This document shows, piece after piece, positions 9,177-19,095 of a stretch of 64,000 nt of DNA. A program made the position numbers and the translations under genes. The stretch is taken from positions 2,336,001 through 2,400,000 of the forward strand of contig CAUVXB020000001.1 of NCBI GenBank assembly GCA_963555825.3, given 5' to 3'. Source of the DNA: Alphaproteobacteria bacterium. Its GTDB lineage: Bacteria; Pseudomonadota; Alphaproteobacteria; JAAXGF01. Every line of letters starts with the position of its first letter. Position 1 is the stretch's first letter. The notes under the pieces were generated by a model, which saw only the letters and a list, made by a program, of their open reading frames with translations, did not search any database and had not been told where the DNA came from.

Positions 9177-12100
9177 CTACTTGTCGGTCTCGGTCGAATC
9201 GACGCTGTCGTCGTCCTCGGACTTGCCGTTACCGCCACTATCGAAGACCGAGAACATCTCACGAAGAATTCCCGGCGCCAGCGCGGCCAACGGGTTGACG
9301 GTGACCTCGGGATCGTCCATTGGTCCGGTCATGCGATAGGTCGCCGCGAACACCCCGCCACCCTTCGGGCCGACCAAGAGCTCGCGAAGCACCGGGATCT
9401 TTTCGACTATGCTCTGGACCGTATGGTACGGCACCAGAGTCCCATTTATGTCGATAGTCTCGGCTGCGAGATCGGCCTGGCCCTCGGTGGTCAAGCCGAT
9501 GGCGAGACCCGACGCCCGGGCCTCCTTGATCTTGATGATGTCGCCGCGCTTGATGAACGGCGCGACGAGCGTCGCGAACGGCAGCCCCTCGCCCTTCAAC
9601 AGGTCGAAGACGCCGGTCAGCGATGCGACCGCCAAGACCTTGGCGAGCAACGGCGCCTTGACGACCTTGAAGTCGGCTATCCTCAACTCACCGATAATGG
9701 CGTCGTCCTTGCCATCCAGGTTCGCCCGGAGCGCCAAGCGGCCGCCGATCATGTTGTCGTAAACGTCGAAACTGCGCAGCACCGCGCCGGCGTTGTCCGA
9801 AGTGACCGTGAGGATGCGGCCGACGTCGCTCGGGTCGATACTCACCAACAACTTTTTCTCGCCGGAAAACGCGCCGGAAAGCTTGAGACCGTCCCACCGG
9901 TCGTTGCGATAACGCAGCGCCGCCTCGACCGCGTGGAGCGAATAGCTGTCGTCCAGGATGACCTGGTCGAGCTGGGCGGTAATGTTCAAGGGCGGCGTCG
10001 ATTCGGCGGCGCCCGCGTCGATCTCGTCGAAATACGGCCTGAGGTCGAGGCTGGGGCCGCTGAGCGCGATGCCGAAGCCGCCTTCGGCGGTCGGCACGAC
10101 GGCGACCGCGACGCGCGTCTCGCCGAAATCCAGCCGGTTGAGATCAATGCGCCGAAATTGTCCGGTCGCCGGATCAAGTTCGGCGCGCCCGCTCAGCGCC
10201 ATGTCGCCGCCGGCGTATTCGATCTCATCGACCATCAGCGGCGCGCCGGGCGCCTGATGGACCTTGAGCTGAAGCAGGCCTTCGGTGCCGACCGGTTTGT
10301 TCCAGGGGATGCCGGGCACCTTGACATCAGCGTCGATCAACTCGGCGCTGGAGTGCCAGCGGCGGCTGCCGTCCACGAAATCGACGATCTCGACGTCCAT
10401 GTCGACCGAACCCGTGACGAACGCGTTACCCGGTACGCCGAGGGTCGCGCGCTCGGTGTCGTCAAATTCGCCTTGCAGGGTGTATCGGCGTTTGAATTCG
10501 GCGCCGTCACCGAAGTTCTCGCGCCACGTGACGGCCGCCGGAACGCCGTCGAGTTTCATCGGGCCCGAGACGTCCATGCCATCGAGATCGAGTGCCAGCG
10601 CCAACGCACCCTCGCTGACGTCATAGCCACCGAATACGTCGGTGACTGCAACGTCCTCGAGCATCGAGCTCGCCGCGATATCGACATCATCGAAACCGAG
10701 ATCGTTGGAGAGCGGGAACCACAACCGCAGTTCCGTCGATCCCGCGCCCGAAATCGCGGCGGGAGAAATACCCAGACGTTGCGCGTAGTTGAGCCGCGGA
10801 TGGGCGAGCACGTCGATCGCATCACGAATCGGCCCATCGATGGTCAACACGATCGTCATGTCGTCTTCGACGCCGAGGCCGATGATCGAAAGATCGCCCT
10901 TCACGACACGCAGACCCGCCAGGCTGCCGCTGGTCGTGGTCATGCGAAACTCGGTCCCGGTCAAATGGGCGGTCGCGTCGACGCCGTGGATCTTGGGCAG
11001 CGGATCGAGGTAGTTGACCGTGAAGCCCTCGAGCTCCAGCGCCATCGCCACGGCATCGTCGGGCAGCCGCTCTTTGGCGTAGTCTTCGGGGCGCAGACTG
11101 AGCGTCGTCTCCGCCTTGCGGACGACGCCGTCGGTCAGGTTGGCGAAGATCCAGCGGCGCGCATCCGCGCCCAGCGCGGGCGGCCAATAGCGGTCCAACT
11201 CGTCGACCGGCATATCACGGATGGTCAGCCCGGCGGCGATGAACGGCGTATCGATATCGCCTTCCAGCAATGCCTGGCCACCGACCGTCGGCCCACCGAC
11301 GTCGAGGAAGGCATCGTCGAGCCGAAGCCGCCGCGGCGACGCGGTGAACACCCCCCTGGCGTGACCGAAGGCGACCGCGACGTCGTCCTCGAGCAGCCCC
11401 TCGAGCGTAAAGGCGCCGGCTCCGACGCTGAGATCGAAGACGAGCTCGGTCAGCGTAAGATCGGCATCGAGGTCGATGTCGACACCGCCGCTCACGGGCA
11501 GGCGAACGGCCGCCAGCGCGGCGAACTGCGGCGCCTGTTCGGCAAACCACTGGGGGTCGATCTCGACGAAATCGATATGCGCCGAATAGCCGCCACCGTC
11601 GATCCTGTAACGGCCGTAACCGGTGAAGCCGGCGATGTGACCGGCGACAACAAGGTCGATCGAGGCGGCGGCGGCAATGCCGGCATCGTCGCGGGCGAAG
11701 CTCACCGTCACGTGCGGCGCCTGCCAGGACAGCCCCAGACGCTGGTCCTCGACGGTAAGCCTGGCGTTGATGATGCTGAGGTTGGTCAGGTACCCCATGG
11801 CGCGCGACGTATCGGGCGGCGCGAGCAGGTCGGTAAACAGCAGTTCGGATGGATCCCCCGCCACGTCGGCGACGTCGCCGAAGCCGAGCGAGATGCGCCC
11901 GTCGACATCGCGCACCACGCGAAATTCCGGTTGAATGATCTCGAGCCTGGTGGGCGCGACGATGCCGCGCAGCATCGCCGGCACGCTGAGTGCGATCGAA
12001 ATCTCGGGCGCGGTCGCCGCGACGGCGCCGTCCACCTCGACCACGGTAATGTCGATCAGGCGGATATCGAGCGTCCGTTCCCAGCCGGCCCAGGCGAGAA

Positions 12101-12341
12101 TCGTGTCGGAAAACTCGACGTGATAGCGCGAGTCGCTCTGGCGCAGCGCGTCGGCGAGATAGGGTGTCAGAAGGCTGAGCGAGATCGGCCCGGTCGCCAG
12201 ATGCCAGGCGGCCGTGGCGAACACGATCGCGACCGCGCCGACGGCCGCGGCCACGACGTGGAGAACAATTCTTGCGGCCGGGCGAATCACGTGTACTTTC
12301 GAGCCTCTCACCAACTTGACCGACCTCGGCGGTTCGCGCAC
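9177..12341 (-). CDS. AsmA-like / YhdP-type (DUF3971) envelope protein
   Basis: N-terminal TM helix, long beta-rich body, C-terminal G..DDPEVTVNPLAALAPG; start uncertain. Confidence 0.85.
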   Translation of the reverse strand: MREPPRSVKLVRGSKVHVIRPAARIVLHVVAAAVGAVAIVFATAAWHLATGPISLSLLTPYLADALRQSDSRYHVEFSDTILAWAGWERTLDIRLIDITVVEVDGAVAATAPEISIALSVPAMLRGIVAPTRLEIIQPEFRVVRDVDGRISLGFGDVADVAGDPSELLFTDLLAPPDTSRAMGYLTNLSIINARLTVEDQRLGLSWQAPHVTVSFARDDAGIAAAASIDLVVAGHIAGFTGYGRYRIDGGGYSAHIDFVEIDPQWFAEQAPQFAALAAVRLPVSGGVDIDLDADLTLTELVFDLSVGAGAFTLEGLLEDDVAVAFGHARGVFTASPRRLRLDDAFLDVGGPTVGGQALLEGDIDTPFIAAGLTIRDMPVDELDRYWPPALGADARRWIFANLTDGVVRKAETTLSLRPEDYAKERLPDDAVAMALELEGFTVNYLDPLPKIHGVDATAHLTGTEFRMTTTSGSLAGLRVVKGDLSIIGLGVEDDMTIVLTIDGPIRDAIDVLAHPRLNYAQRLGISPAAISGAGSTELRLWFPLSNDLGFDDVDIAASSMLEDVAVTDVFGGYDVSEGALALALDLDGMDVSGPMKLDGVPAAVTWRENFGDGAEFKRRYTLQGEFDDTERATLGVPGNAFVTGSVDMDVEIVDFVDGSRRWHSSAELIDADVKVPGIPWNKPVGTEGLLQLKVHQAPGAPLMVDEIEYAGGDMALSGRAELDPATGQFRRIDLNRLDFGETRVAVAVVPTAEGGFGIALSGPSLDLRPYFDEIDAGAAESTPPLNITAQLDQVILDDSYSLHAVEAALRYRNDRWDGLKLSGAFSGEKKLLVSIDPSDVGRILTVTSDNAGAVLRSFDVYDNMIGGRLALRANLDGKDDAIIGELRIADFKVVKAPLLAKVLAVASLTGVFDLLKGEGLPFATLVAPFIKRGDIIKIKEARASGLAIGLTTEGQADLAAETIDINGTLVPYHTVQSIVEKIPVLRELLVGPKGGGVFAATYRMTGPMDDPEVTVNPLAALAPGILREMFSVFDSGGNGKSEDDDSVDSTETDK

Positions 12342-12367
12342 TGTGCGACGAATCGTTAAAGCGCCGA

Positions 12368-15325
12368 ATGACGGATCTCACCTTTCTAGCAGATATTGCC
12401 TCGCTGCCTGAAGCCTGCAACGCGCAACGCGCGGCAACGGGCATCGAGCGCTGGCACGATGCGGCCGATCGGGCCGGCATCGCGACGTTCGCGACGGCGC
12501 TCGCCGGCGACGAACGCGGCACCCGCCTGCTCGCCGCGATCTTCGGCAACAGCCCGTTCCTCAGCCATTGCGTGGTCCAGGATGCCAGCTTCTTCCAGCG
12601 CCTCATCGAGGCTGGGCCGGCGATCTGCCTCGATGCCATAGCCGCCGATCTCGACATCACGGACGCCGATCAGACGACCGTGATGCGGCGCCTGCGCATC
12701 GCGCGGCGGCGCGCGGCGCTCGCCATCGCCGTCGCCGACATCGCCGGCGCCTGGCCGATCGACCGCGTGACCGGCGCGCTTTCCGAATTCGCCGACGCCG
12801 CGATCGGGCACGCGGTCGTCCATGTGCTGAGCGCCGCGGCCCAGGCTGGCGAGCTGCGCCTCGTCAACCGCGACGACCCGCAAGCCGGCAGCGGCCTGAC
12901 CGTACTCGCGCTCGGTAAACTGGGTGCCAGCGAGCTAAACTACTCGAGCGACATCGACATCATGGTGCTCTATGACACCGAGGTCGTCCGGTTCTCCGGC
13001 CGCGGCGAGATCCAGGCGAGCTTCGTGCGCATGACGCGCAGCCTGGTGCGCGTCCTGCAGGAACGCACCGCCGACGGCTACGTCTTCCGCACCGACCTGC
13101 GGCTGAGGCCCGATCCGGGGGCGACGCCCGTCGCAATGTCGGTCCGCGCGGCCGAGACCTATTACGAATCACTCGGTCAGAACTGGGAGCGCGCGGCGAT
13201 GATCAAGGCGCGCCCGGTAGCCGGTGACCGCGCCGTCGGCGAGGCCTTCATCGAGACGTTGGTGCCGTTCATCTGGCGCAAGAACCTCGATTTCGCGGCG
13301 ATTCGCGACATCCACTCGATCAAGCGTCAGATCCACGCCCACTACGGCGGCGACGCCATCGCGGTTAACGGCCACAACATCAAGTTGGGGCGTGGCGGCA
13401 TCCGCGAGATCGAGTTTTTCGCCCAGACCCAGCAACTCATCTGGGGCGGCCGCGACCCGACGCTCCGGATGCGTGCAACGCGCGACGCGCTCGATGCGCT
13501 GGCCGCCGCCGGTCGTATCGAGCCCAGCGTCGCCGAAGCGATGATCGCCGCATACCGCTATCTGCGCCGGGTCGAGCACCGGCTTCAGATGATCGACGAT
13601 CAGCAGACCCAGACGATCCCGAACGAACCGAACGATGTTGCGGCGCTGGCCATCTTTCTCGGCGACGCGGGCGCCGTGGCATTCGCCGCCGAGCTCACCG
13701 AGCGGCTCGAGTTGGTCGAATGTCACTACGCAGGGTTGTTCGAGGAATCGGCCGAGTTGGCGCCCGCCGGCAACCTGGTATTCACCGGCACCGACGACGA
13801 CCCCGACACGCTCGCGACGCTCCACGAGCTGGGTTTCGCCGACGGCAGGGCGGTCGGCGCGGTGGTGCGCGGCTGGCACCACGGTCGCTTCCGCGCCATG
13901 CGCAGCACACGCGCGCGAGAACTCCTGACGGAACTCATGCCGACGCTCTTGGGCGCCTTCGCCAAGACCACCAGCCCGGACGGCGCGCTGCTGCGCTTCA
14001 ACGAATTCCTCGCCCGCCTGCCAGCGGGCGTGCAGCTGTTCTCGCTGTTCCACGCCAATCCGGGCCTGCTCGACCTGGTCGCCGAGATCCTCGGCTCGGC
14101 GCCTCGGCTCGCCGAGCGCCTGAGCCACGACGCCGCCCTGCTCGACGGCGTGTTGAGCCTTGATTTCTACGACCCGATGCCGCCTGTCGACGTGCTCGCC
14201 GCCGATCTCGACGGCGCGCTCGCCCGGGCGCGCGATTACGAGGACGTGCTCGACATCTCTCGGCGCTGGGCGCATGAGCGTGAATTCCAGGTCGGCGTCC
14301 AGATGCTGCGCGGCGACGATACCGGCGACCATGCCGGTGCGACGCTCGCCGACATCGCCGATGCCGTGCTGCGGACGCTCACGCCACGCGTCGCCGAGGC
14401 CTTCGCCGAAACGCATGGTCACGTCCAGGGCGGTGGGCTCGCGGTGATCGGCATGGGCAACCTGGGCGGTCGCGAGATGACCGTCGTCTCGGACCTCGAC
14501 CTAGTCCTGCTATATCACAACCCGGATGGCCACGAGGCGTCCGACGGCGCCAAGCCATTGCCGACCAGCCAGTATTTCATGCGCCTCGGCCAACGCCTGA
14601 TCAACGCGCTGAGCGCGCTGACCAGCGAGGGGCGGCTCTACGAGATCGACATGCGCCTGCGGCCGTCGGGCCAAAAGGGGCCGCTCGCCTCCGAGATCGA
14701 GAGCTTCGTCCGTTACCAGGCGGAAAGCGCCTGGAGTTGGGAGCACCTGGCGTTCACCCGGGCGCGAGTCGTCTGCGGGCCGCCGGCGCTGGTCGCGCGC
14801 ATCGAGCAGGCGATCCGCGATGTGCTGACGCGCCCGCGCGACGCCGACAATCTGGTCGCCGCCGTCGCCGACATGCGCCGGCGCATCGCCGAAGAACACC
14901 CGATGGCGATCCCCTGGCGCACCAAGTACCAGCGCGGCGGGCTGGTCGATCTGGAATTCATTTCGGGCTATTTGCAGCTCCGCCACGCCACGGCGCACCC
15001 CGGCGTGCTCGCGGCCAACCGGGTCGAGGCGTTCGAGAAGCTCGCCGCCGCTGGCGTTCTCGAGGCGGGCGACGCGGCGACGCTGATCGAGGCGGCGCGG
15101 CTGCAGCGCTGCATGCGCGGCATGCTGCGCCTGACCATCGGCGGCTCGCGCGTCGAGGCGGACGCGCCCGAGGCGCTGCGCGCTCTGCTCGCCCGCTCGG
15201 GCGGCGCCGCAGACTTCGACGCGCTCCGAACCAAGCTGGAGACCGCCCAGGCCGAGGTGCGCGCGATCTATGCCCGCTTGGTCGAGGCACGCGCCGCGGC
15301 GGTTCAGCCCCCGGACGTCGAGTGA
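12368..15325 (+). CDS. glnE: Bifunctional glutamine synthetase adenylyltransferase/deadenylase
   Basis: LGKLGASELNYSSDID, DLRLRP, second NT domain GGREM..SDLD and DMRLRPSG. Confidence 0.95.
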   Translation: MTDLTFLADIASLPEACNAQRAATGIERWHDAADRAGIATFATALAGDERGTRLLAAIFGNSPFLSHCVVQDASFFQRLIEAGPAICLDAIAADLDITDADQTTVMRRLRIARRRAALAIAVADIAGAWPIDRVTGALSEFADAAIGHAVVHVLSAAAQAGELRLVNRDDPQAGSGLTVLALGKLGASELNYSSDIDIMVLYDTEVVRFSGRGEIQASFVRMTRSLVRVLQERTADGYVFRTDLRLRPDPGATPVAMSVRAAETYYESLGQNWERAAMIKARPVAGDRAVGEAFIETLVPFIWRKNLDFAAIRDIHSIKRQIHAHYGGDAIAVNGHNIKLGRGGIREIEFFAQTQQLIWGGRDPTLRMRATRDALDALAAAGRIEPSVAEAMIAAYRYLRRVEHRLQMIDDQQTQTIPNEPNDVAALAIFLGDAGAVAFAAELTERLELVECHYAGLFEESAELAPAGNLVFTGTDDDPDTLATLHELGFADGRAVGAVVRGWHHGRFRAMRSTRARELLTELMPTLLGAFAKTTSPDGALLRFNEFLARLPAGVQLFSLFHANPGLLDLVAEILGSAPRLAERLSHDAALLDGVLSLDFYDPMPPVDVLAADLDGALARARDYEDVLDISRRWAHEREFQVGVQMLRGDDTGDHAGATLADIADAVLRTLTPRVAEAFAETHGHVQGGGLAVIGMGNLGGREMTVVSDLDLVLLYHNPDGHEASDGAKPLPTSQYFMRLGQRLINALSALTSEGRLYEIDMRLRPSGQKGPLASEIESFVRYQAESAWSWEHLAFTRARVVCGPPALVARIEQAIRDVLTRPRDADNLVAAVADMRRRIAEEHPMAIPWRTKYQRGGLVDLEFISGYLQLRHATAHPGVLAANRVEAFEKLAAAGVLEAGDAATLIEAARLQRCMRGMLRLTIGGSRVEADAPEALRALLARSGGAADFDALRTKLETAQAEVRAIYARLVEARAAAVQPPDVE

Positions 15326-16190
15326 ACGAGGCGCAGGCCGCGCGGCGCATCCTGGGCCTCGACGAGCGGCAGATTGCCATGGTGTTGCTGTTCGTCGCGC
15401 CCGCCCTGTTCGCCGCCAACATGCTGGTCGCACGGGCGACCGCCGACGCGATCCCGCCGGTCGCCCTGGCGTTCTGGCGCTGGACCGTCGCCCTGATCGT
15501 GCTGGCGCCCTTCGCCGCCGGCGCGCTGTGGCGCCAGCGCTGGGCGGTCCGTCACGAATGGCGCGACCTTTTGGTGCTCGGCGCGCTCGGCATGGGGGTG
15601 TGCGGCGCCTTCGTCTATGTCGGCGCCGACACCACGACTGCGACCAACATCGGGCTGATCTACGCCGCCGCGCCGATCCTCATCGTCGTGCTCGCACGCG
15701 CCGTCTACGGCGAGGCGCTGGGCGTGGTTCAGGCGTTCGGCGTCGCGCTCTCGCTGGTCGGCGTCATCGCCGTCGTCTGCCGCGGCGACATCGGCGTGCT
15801 GTTTTCGATCGGCTTCGCGGTCGGCGACATCTGGATCCTCGGCGCGACGGCCGGCTGGGCGGTCTACGCCACACTGCTGCGCCACCGGCCGAGGGCGTCG
15901 GCGGCGCCCTGCCGGTGCTCGACTGGACGACCGCGGCCGCCGTCATGACCGTCGCCATGCTGCCCTCGCTCGGCGCCTACCAGGCTTATGCCCGCGCCCA
16001 GGCGGTGCTCGGCGCGGGGCCGGCCAGCCTGGTCATGTACCTGGTCCCAATCTACAACGGCGTGCTGGCCTTCCTGCTTCTTGGCGAGGCGCTCGAGGCC
16101 TATCATCTGATCGGCGCCGCGCTGGTGCTGCCGGGCATCTACCTGGCGACCCGAAGCGCGCCCCGCAAGCAACCGCCCTTGGTCACGTGA
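15322..16190 (+). pseudogene. EamA/DMT transporter with frameshifting internal deletion near 15890
   Basis: N-part in the frame of 14737..15948, C-part in the frame of 15270..16190; a TM segment seems missing at the junction. Confidence 0.75.
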
Positions 16191-16202
16191 TAAAATGGCC
16201 GC

Positions 16203-16237
16203 GACATGATCGAGTTCAGCGACGCCCAGATCGGCCA
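16203..16237 (+). repeat. attL-like direct repeat (5' end of PhyH gene)
   Basis: 35 bp identical to 20014-20048. Confidence 0.9.
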
Positions 16238-16306
16238 GTTTCACGACGACGGTTTCCTGACTGTCGATCGCTCGACGTCAACGCGCTCCGCGAATTACTA
16301 CTCACC

Positions 16307-16332
16307 ATAAGGGTTGTGGTAATTATGTTCGC
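16307..16332 (+). repeat. 26-bp direct repeat, copy 1
   Basis: ATAAGGGTTGTGGTAATTATGTTCGC identical to 17918-17943. Confidence 0.9.
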
Positions 16333-16380
16333 TTCGTCGACGAGATAGTGGCAAGGGCTGACGAATGAGCGCAACGTGGC

Positions 16381-17804
16381 GATGTCCCTATCTCTGTTGA
16401 AATTCGTGGGGCAGGCGTCGCTGGTTGATGATGCTATGCTGCCTTCATGATGGTTTCAATGGCACTGTCGGCCTGAGCCTTTCTCAAGTGTTCCTGGAGA
16501 GCATTTCGGAGGATGGGCAGCTGACGATAGGCCTTGAGGCGACGGAAGGTTTTCTGGGCCTCCAGCAGGCCGGCGGCGGTCCATCTGAGCGCCATCTCGG
16601 CGTGTCTCCAGCGTTTGACGTTGCGGGTGACCTGGCGCACCGTGCCGAGCGCGTTCTCGACGATGTTGGTGCAGGCGAGCGAGCGCCGGAGTTCGTGCGG
16701 CAGGCCGAGGCGGATGACGGTGAGGATCTCGTCCAGCCCCTCCAGGATGCTGCCCGAGACGCCCGGTTCCTCATGCTCCAGACGCCGGGCCAGGTTGCGC
16801 AGCAGCCGTTCGGCCTTGTCTGCGTCGTCCTGGTCCCAGGCCTGACGGAGCGCCTTCTTGACGCTCGCATGCAAATGCAGGGGCAGGCGCTCGATGATGT
16901 TACGGCCCTTGTGGACCTGGCAGCGCTGGATGGCGGCGGCCACACCGAAGGTGTTGCGGATCGCTTTGCTGAGCGCCTTCGCGCCATCGACGATGAACAG
17001 CCGGGGCAGCGTCGGATCGAGCCCCCTGGCGAGGAGATTGTCGAGCAAGGCCTGGACGACGACAGTGTTCTCCGTCGCCCCCTCGACCACGGCCAGGACA
17101 TGCTTGTCGCCGTTGCCATCGACGCCGATCGCCGCCACCAAGACATGGTCGCCGACATGCAGACCGTCGATCTGGATGACCAGCAGGTCGAGCTCCGAGA
17201 GGTCCGAGGCGAGCCAGGCCTTCATCTTCTTGCGCGACAGCGCCACAAAGCGCCGGGAAACGGCCGACTTCGAGGTGCCGTCGCCACGCGCTTTCGCCAG
17301 GTCGCCCTCGGGCAGACGGACCGCGCGGTGGTACTTGCGGGTCGACACGTTCAGGACCATCAGGTTGAGCGCCCACTCGAGCAACAGGTTGCCGTCGCGC
17401 AGCACCTGCCAGCTCTCCAAACCCACCTCCTTGCCAGCATGGTCGCGAACCCGTGGCCGCTGCACTTTCACGCGGCCGCCGTGGTAGCCGATCTCGCTCT
17501 GCGTATGGCCCCAGCGATAACCCCGACGGTTCCCATGGCGACGATGTCGGGCCCCGCACACGGTCGTGGCGTCCTCCTCCATCATCTCGGCCAAGGCCTC
17601 GACCCCGGCCAGGAGACAGAACCGATCCACGCTGAGACGGACTGCGTCCATCGCGTCTGCCAGCGGCGGCATAGGAAACGAGGTGGCAAGGGCTTTCGGG
17701 CTACTGGAACTACGGATATTCTTTCCCATGGTGTCGTTCTCCCTCTTGGGTTTGCAGCACCCGGAGCCTAGAGGCGGAAACATTTCCATTGCTAACGCCT
17801 GACC
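16381..17804 (-). mobile_element. IS256-family element
   Basis: Transposase ORF; weak end similarity (G.T...T.GAAAT at equal spacing); no target duplication seen; ends approximate. Confidence 0.75.
16434..17729 (-). CDS. IS256-family (Mutator-like) transposase
   Basis: IQIDG, FIVDGAKAL, QRCQVHK, TNIVEN. Confidence 0.9.
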   Translation of the reverse strand: MGKNIRSSSSPKALATSFPMPPLADAMDAVRLSVDRFCLLAGVEALAEMMEEDATTVCGARHRRHGNRRGYRWGHTQSEIGYHGGRVKVQRPRVRDHAGKEVGLESWQVLRDGNLLLEWALNLMVLNVSTRKYHRAVRLPEGDLAKARGDGTSKSAVSRRFVALSRKKMKAWLASDLSELDLLVIQIDGLHVGDHVLVAAIGVDGNGDKHVLAVVEGATENTVVVQALLDNLLARGLDPTLPRLFIVDGAKALSKAIRNTFGVAAAIQRCQVHKGRNIIERLPLHLHASVKKALRQAWDQDDADKAERLLRNLARRLEHEEPGVSGSILEGLDEILTVIRLGLPHELRRSLACTNIVENALGTVRQVTRNVKRWRHAEMALRWTAAGLLEAQKTFRRLKAYRQLPILRNALQEHLRKAQADSAIETIMKAA

Positions 17805-17917
17805 GGGGCCATGCTGGTCGAACTCGGGGTTCTCGCTAAGTCGATTTCAGATCGGTTTTCGCCGCCGCATTCCTCATCTGGGAGTGAGAGCCGGCTAGCC
17901 ACTTAATCAACGGCCTG

Positions 17918-17943
17918 ATAAGGGTTGTGGTAATTATGTTCGC
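17918..17943 (+). repeat. 26-bp direct repeat, copy 2
   Basis: Identical to 16307-16332, with weaker similarity for about 60 bp downstream. Confidence 0.9.
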
Positions 17944-18122
17944 ACCTCCTCGAGATAGTTTCAAGGGCTCGACGACATCTCCCGCAACGTTGGAGAGTCC
18001 ATACAGCCGCACTTTTGAGACGCAAGCGTTTGATCCAGTTTCTGCCACTATAACCTGTCCTAAGGACAGGTTATAGTGGCAGTAGAAAGCAATGTCAAGG
18101 CCTCTGGTGCATAAGAAATTTG

Positions 18123-18181
18123 TTGACGTTCTGCAGTCTGCATGTGTATATGTCCTCAGGACATATACACATGCAGACTGC
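18123..18181 (+). promoter_or_regulatory. Promoter and operator palindrome of the AbiE operon
   Basis: TTGACG at 18123; perfect 24-1-24 inverted repeat 18133-18181 covering the likely -10, the AGGA RBS and the ATG. Confidence 0.8.
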
Positions 18182-19091
18182 GTCACGAGTAAAAATCGGG
18201 CGAGCCGTCGCGCTCGAAATCAGCAGGCTAAACCAGCCTGTAGTAACGCTACATCAGATCGCCGTGGTGATCTTCAAACTGTACCTAGCCGGCACCTACA
18301 AGGGAGAGAAGATCGCTTACCTCAAAAAGACCCGCGCCGACCGATCTGATTGCACTCGGATCGTTAGAGATCTAGCGGAGACCGGCGTCCTCGAAGAAAG
18401 CGGTTCTGTGCGCCACAATGAGGTCTTCAACGTTCTGGGTAGAGATCAGGGCATGACCGAGGAAATTGCCTGCTCCATCGACCCATTTGCATATATCTCG
18501 CATATGAGTTCCATGGAGTGGCACGGTCTCACAGACCGCTTCGGGCGCACCTTGATTTACTCATCACCGCCACCACAAAAATGGCGCCAGTTTGCGCGGG
18601 AGAAATTACAAAGAGAAGTCGGGAAAGATCATGTTCAGGATTATCTGATGCAGAACCTTCCCCACCTCAAACGTCTGAACATCAAAAAGATTGGTCGGAC
18701 CCCAATCCATCGCTATGTAGGTGAACACCTCGGTGCATTCACGTCTATTCAAGGCCGCTGCTTACGGGTTTCGACGGTTGGCCGCACGTTCCTCGATATG
18801 ATCCGGGAGCCGGACCTCTGCGGCGGTATTTACCATGTGCTCGATGTCTATGATGAGCATGGACCGCGCTATCTAAAATTGATCGTCGACGACGTCGATA
18901 GGCACGGCACAAAAATCGACAAAGTTCGGGCTGGCTACATTCTGGAAGAGCGTATGAACCTAAGCGAACCACGGATCGACGAATGGCGAAAATTCGTACA
19001 GCGCGGAGGTTCGCGCAAACTTTCTGCCCGAAGCCCATACAGCTCAGAATATTCAGAGAAATGGTGTCTATCGATAAACATCGAAGGATGA
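18171..19091 (+). CDS. AbiEi-type antitoxin / transcriptional regulator (type IV TA)
   Basis: AYISHMSSMEWHGLTDR, RVSTVGRTFLDMIREPDLCGG, KVRAGYILE; directly upstream of an NTase. Confidence 0.8.
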   Translation: MQTASRVKIGRAVALEISRLNQPVVTLHQIAVVIFKLYLAGTYKGEKIAYLKKTRADRSDCTRIVRDLAETGVLEESGSVRHNEVFNVLGRDQGMTEEIACSIDPFAYISHMSSMEWHGLTDRFGRTLIYSSPPPQKWRQFAREKLQREVGKDHVQDYLMQNLPHLKRLNIKKIGRTPIHRYVGEHLGAFTSIQGRCLRVSTVGRTFLDMIREPDLCGGIYHVLDVYDEHGPRYLKLIVDDVDRHGTKIDKVRAGYILEERMNLSEPRIDEWRKFVQRGGSRKLSARSPYSSEYSEKWCLSINIEG

Positions 19092-19095
19092 GCAA

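Noticed and set aside
9423-12359. 978-aa + strand ORF and similar long antisense ORFs (e.g. 31059-33458, 48954-51416)
   Set aside because: Typical high-GC shadows of real genes on the opposite strand
17836-18186. 116-aa minus-strand ORF sharing QSACVYVLRTYTHADC with a + strand ORF
   Set aside because: Artefact of the perfect palindrome at 18133-18181
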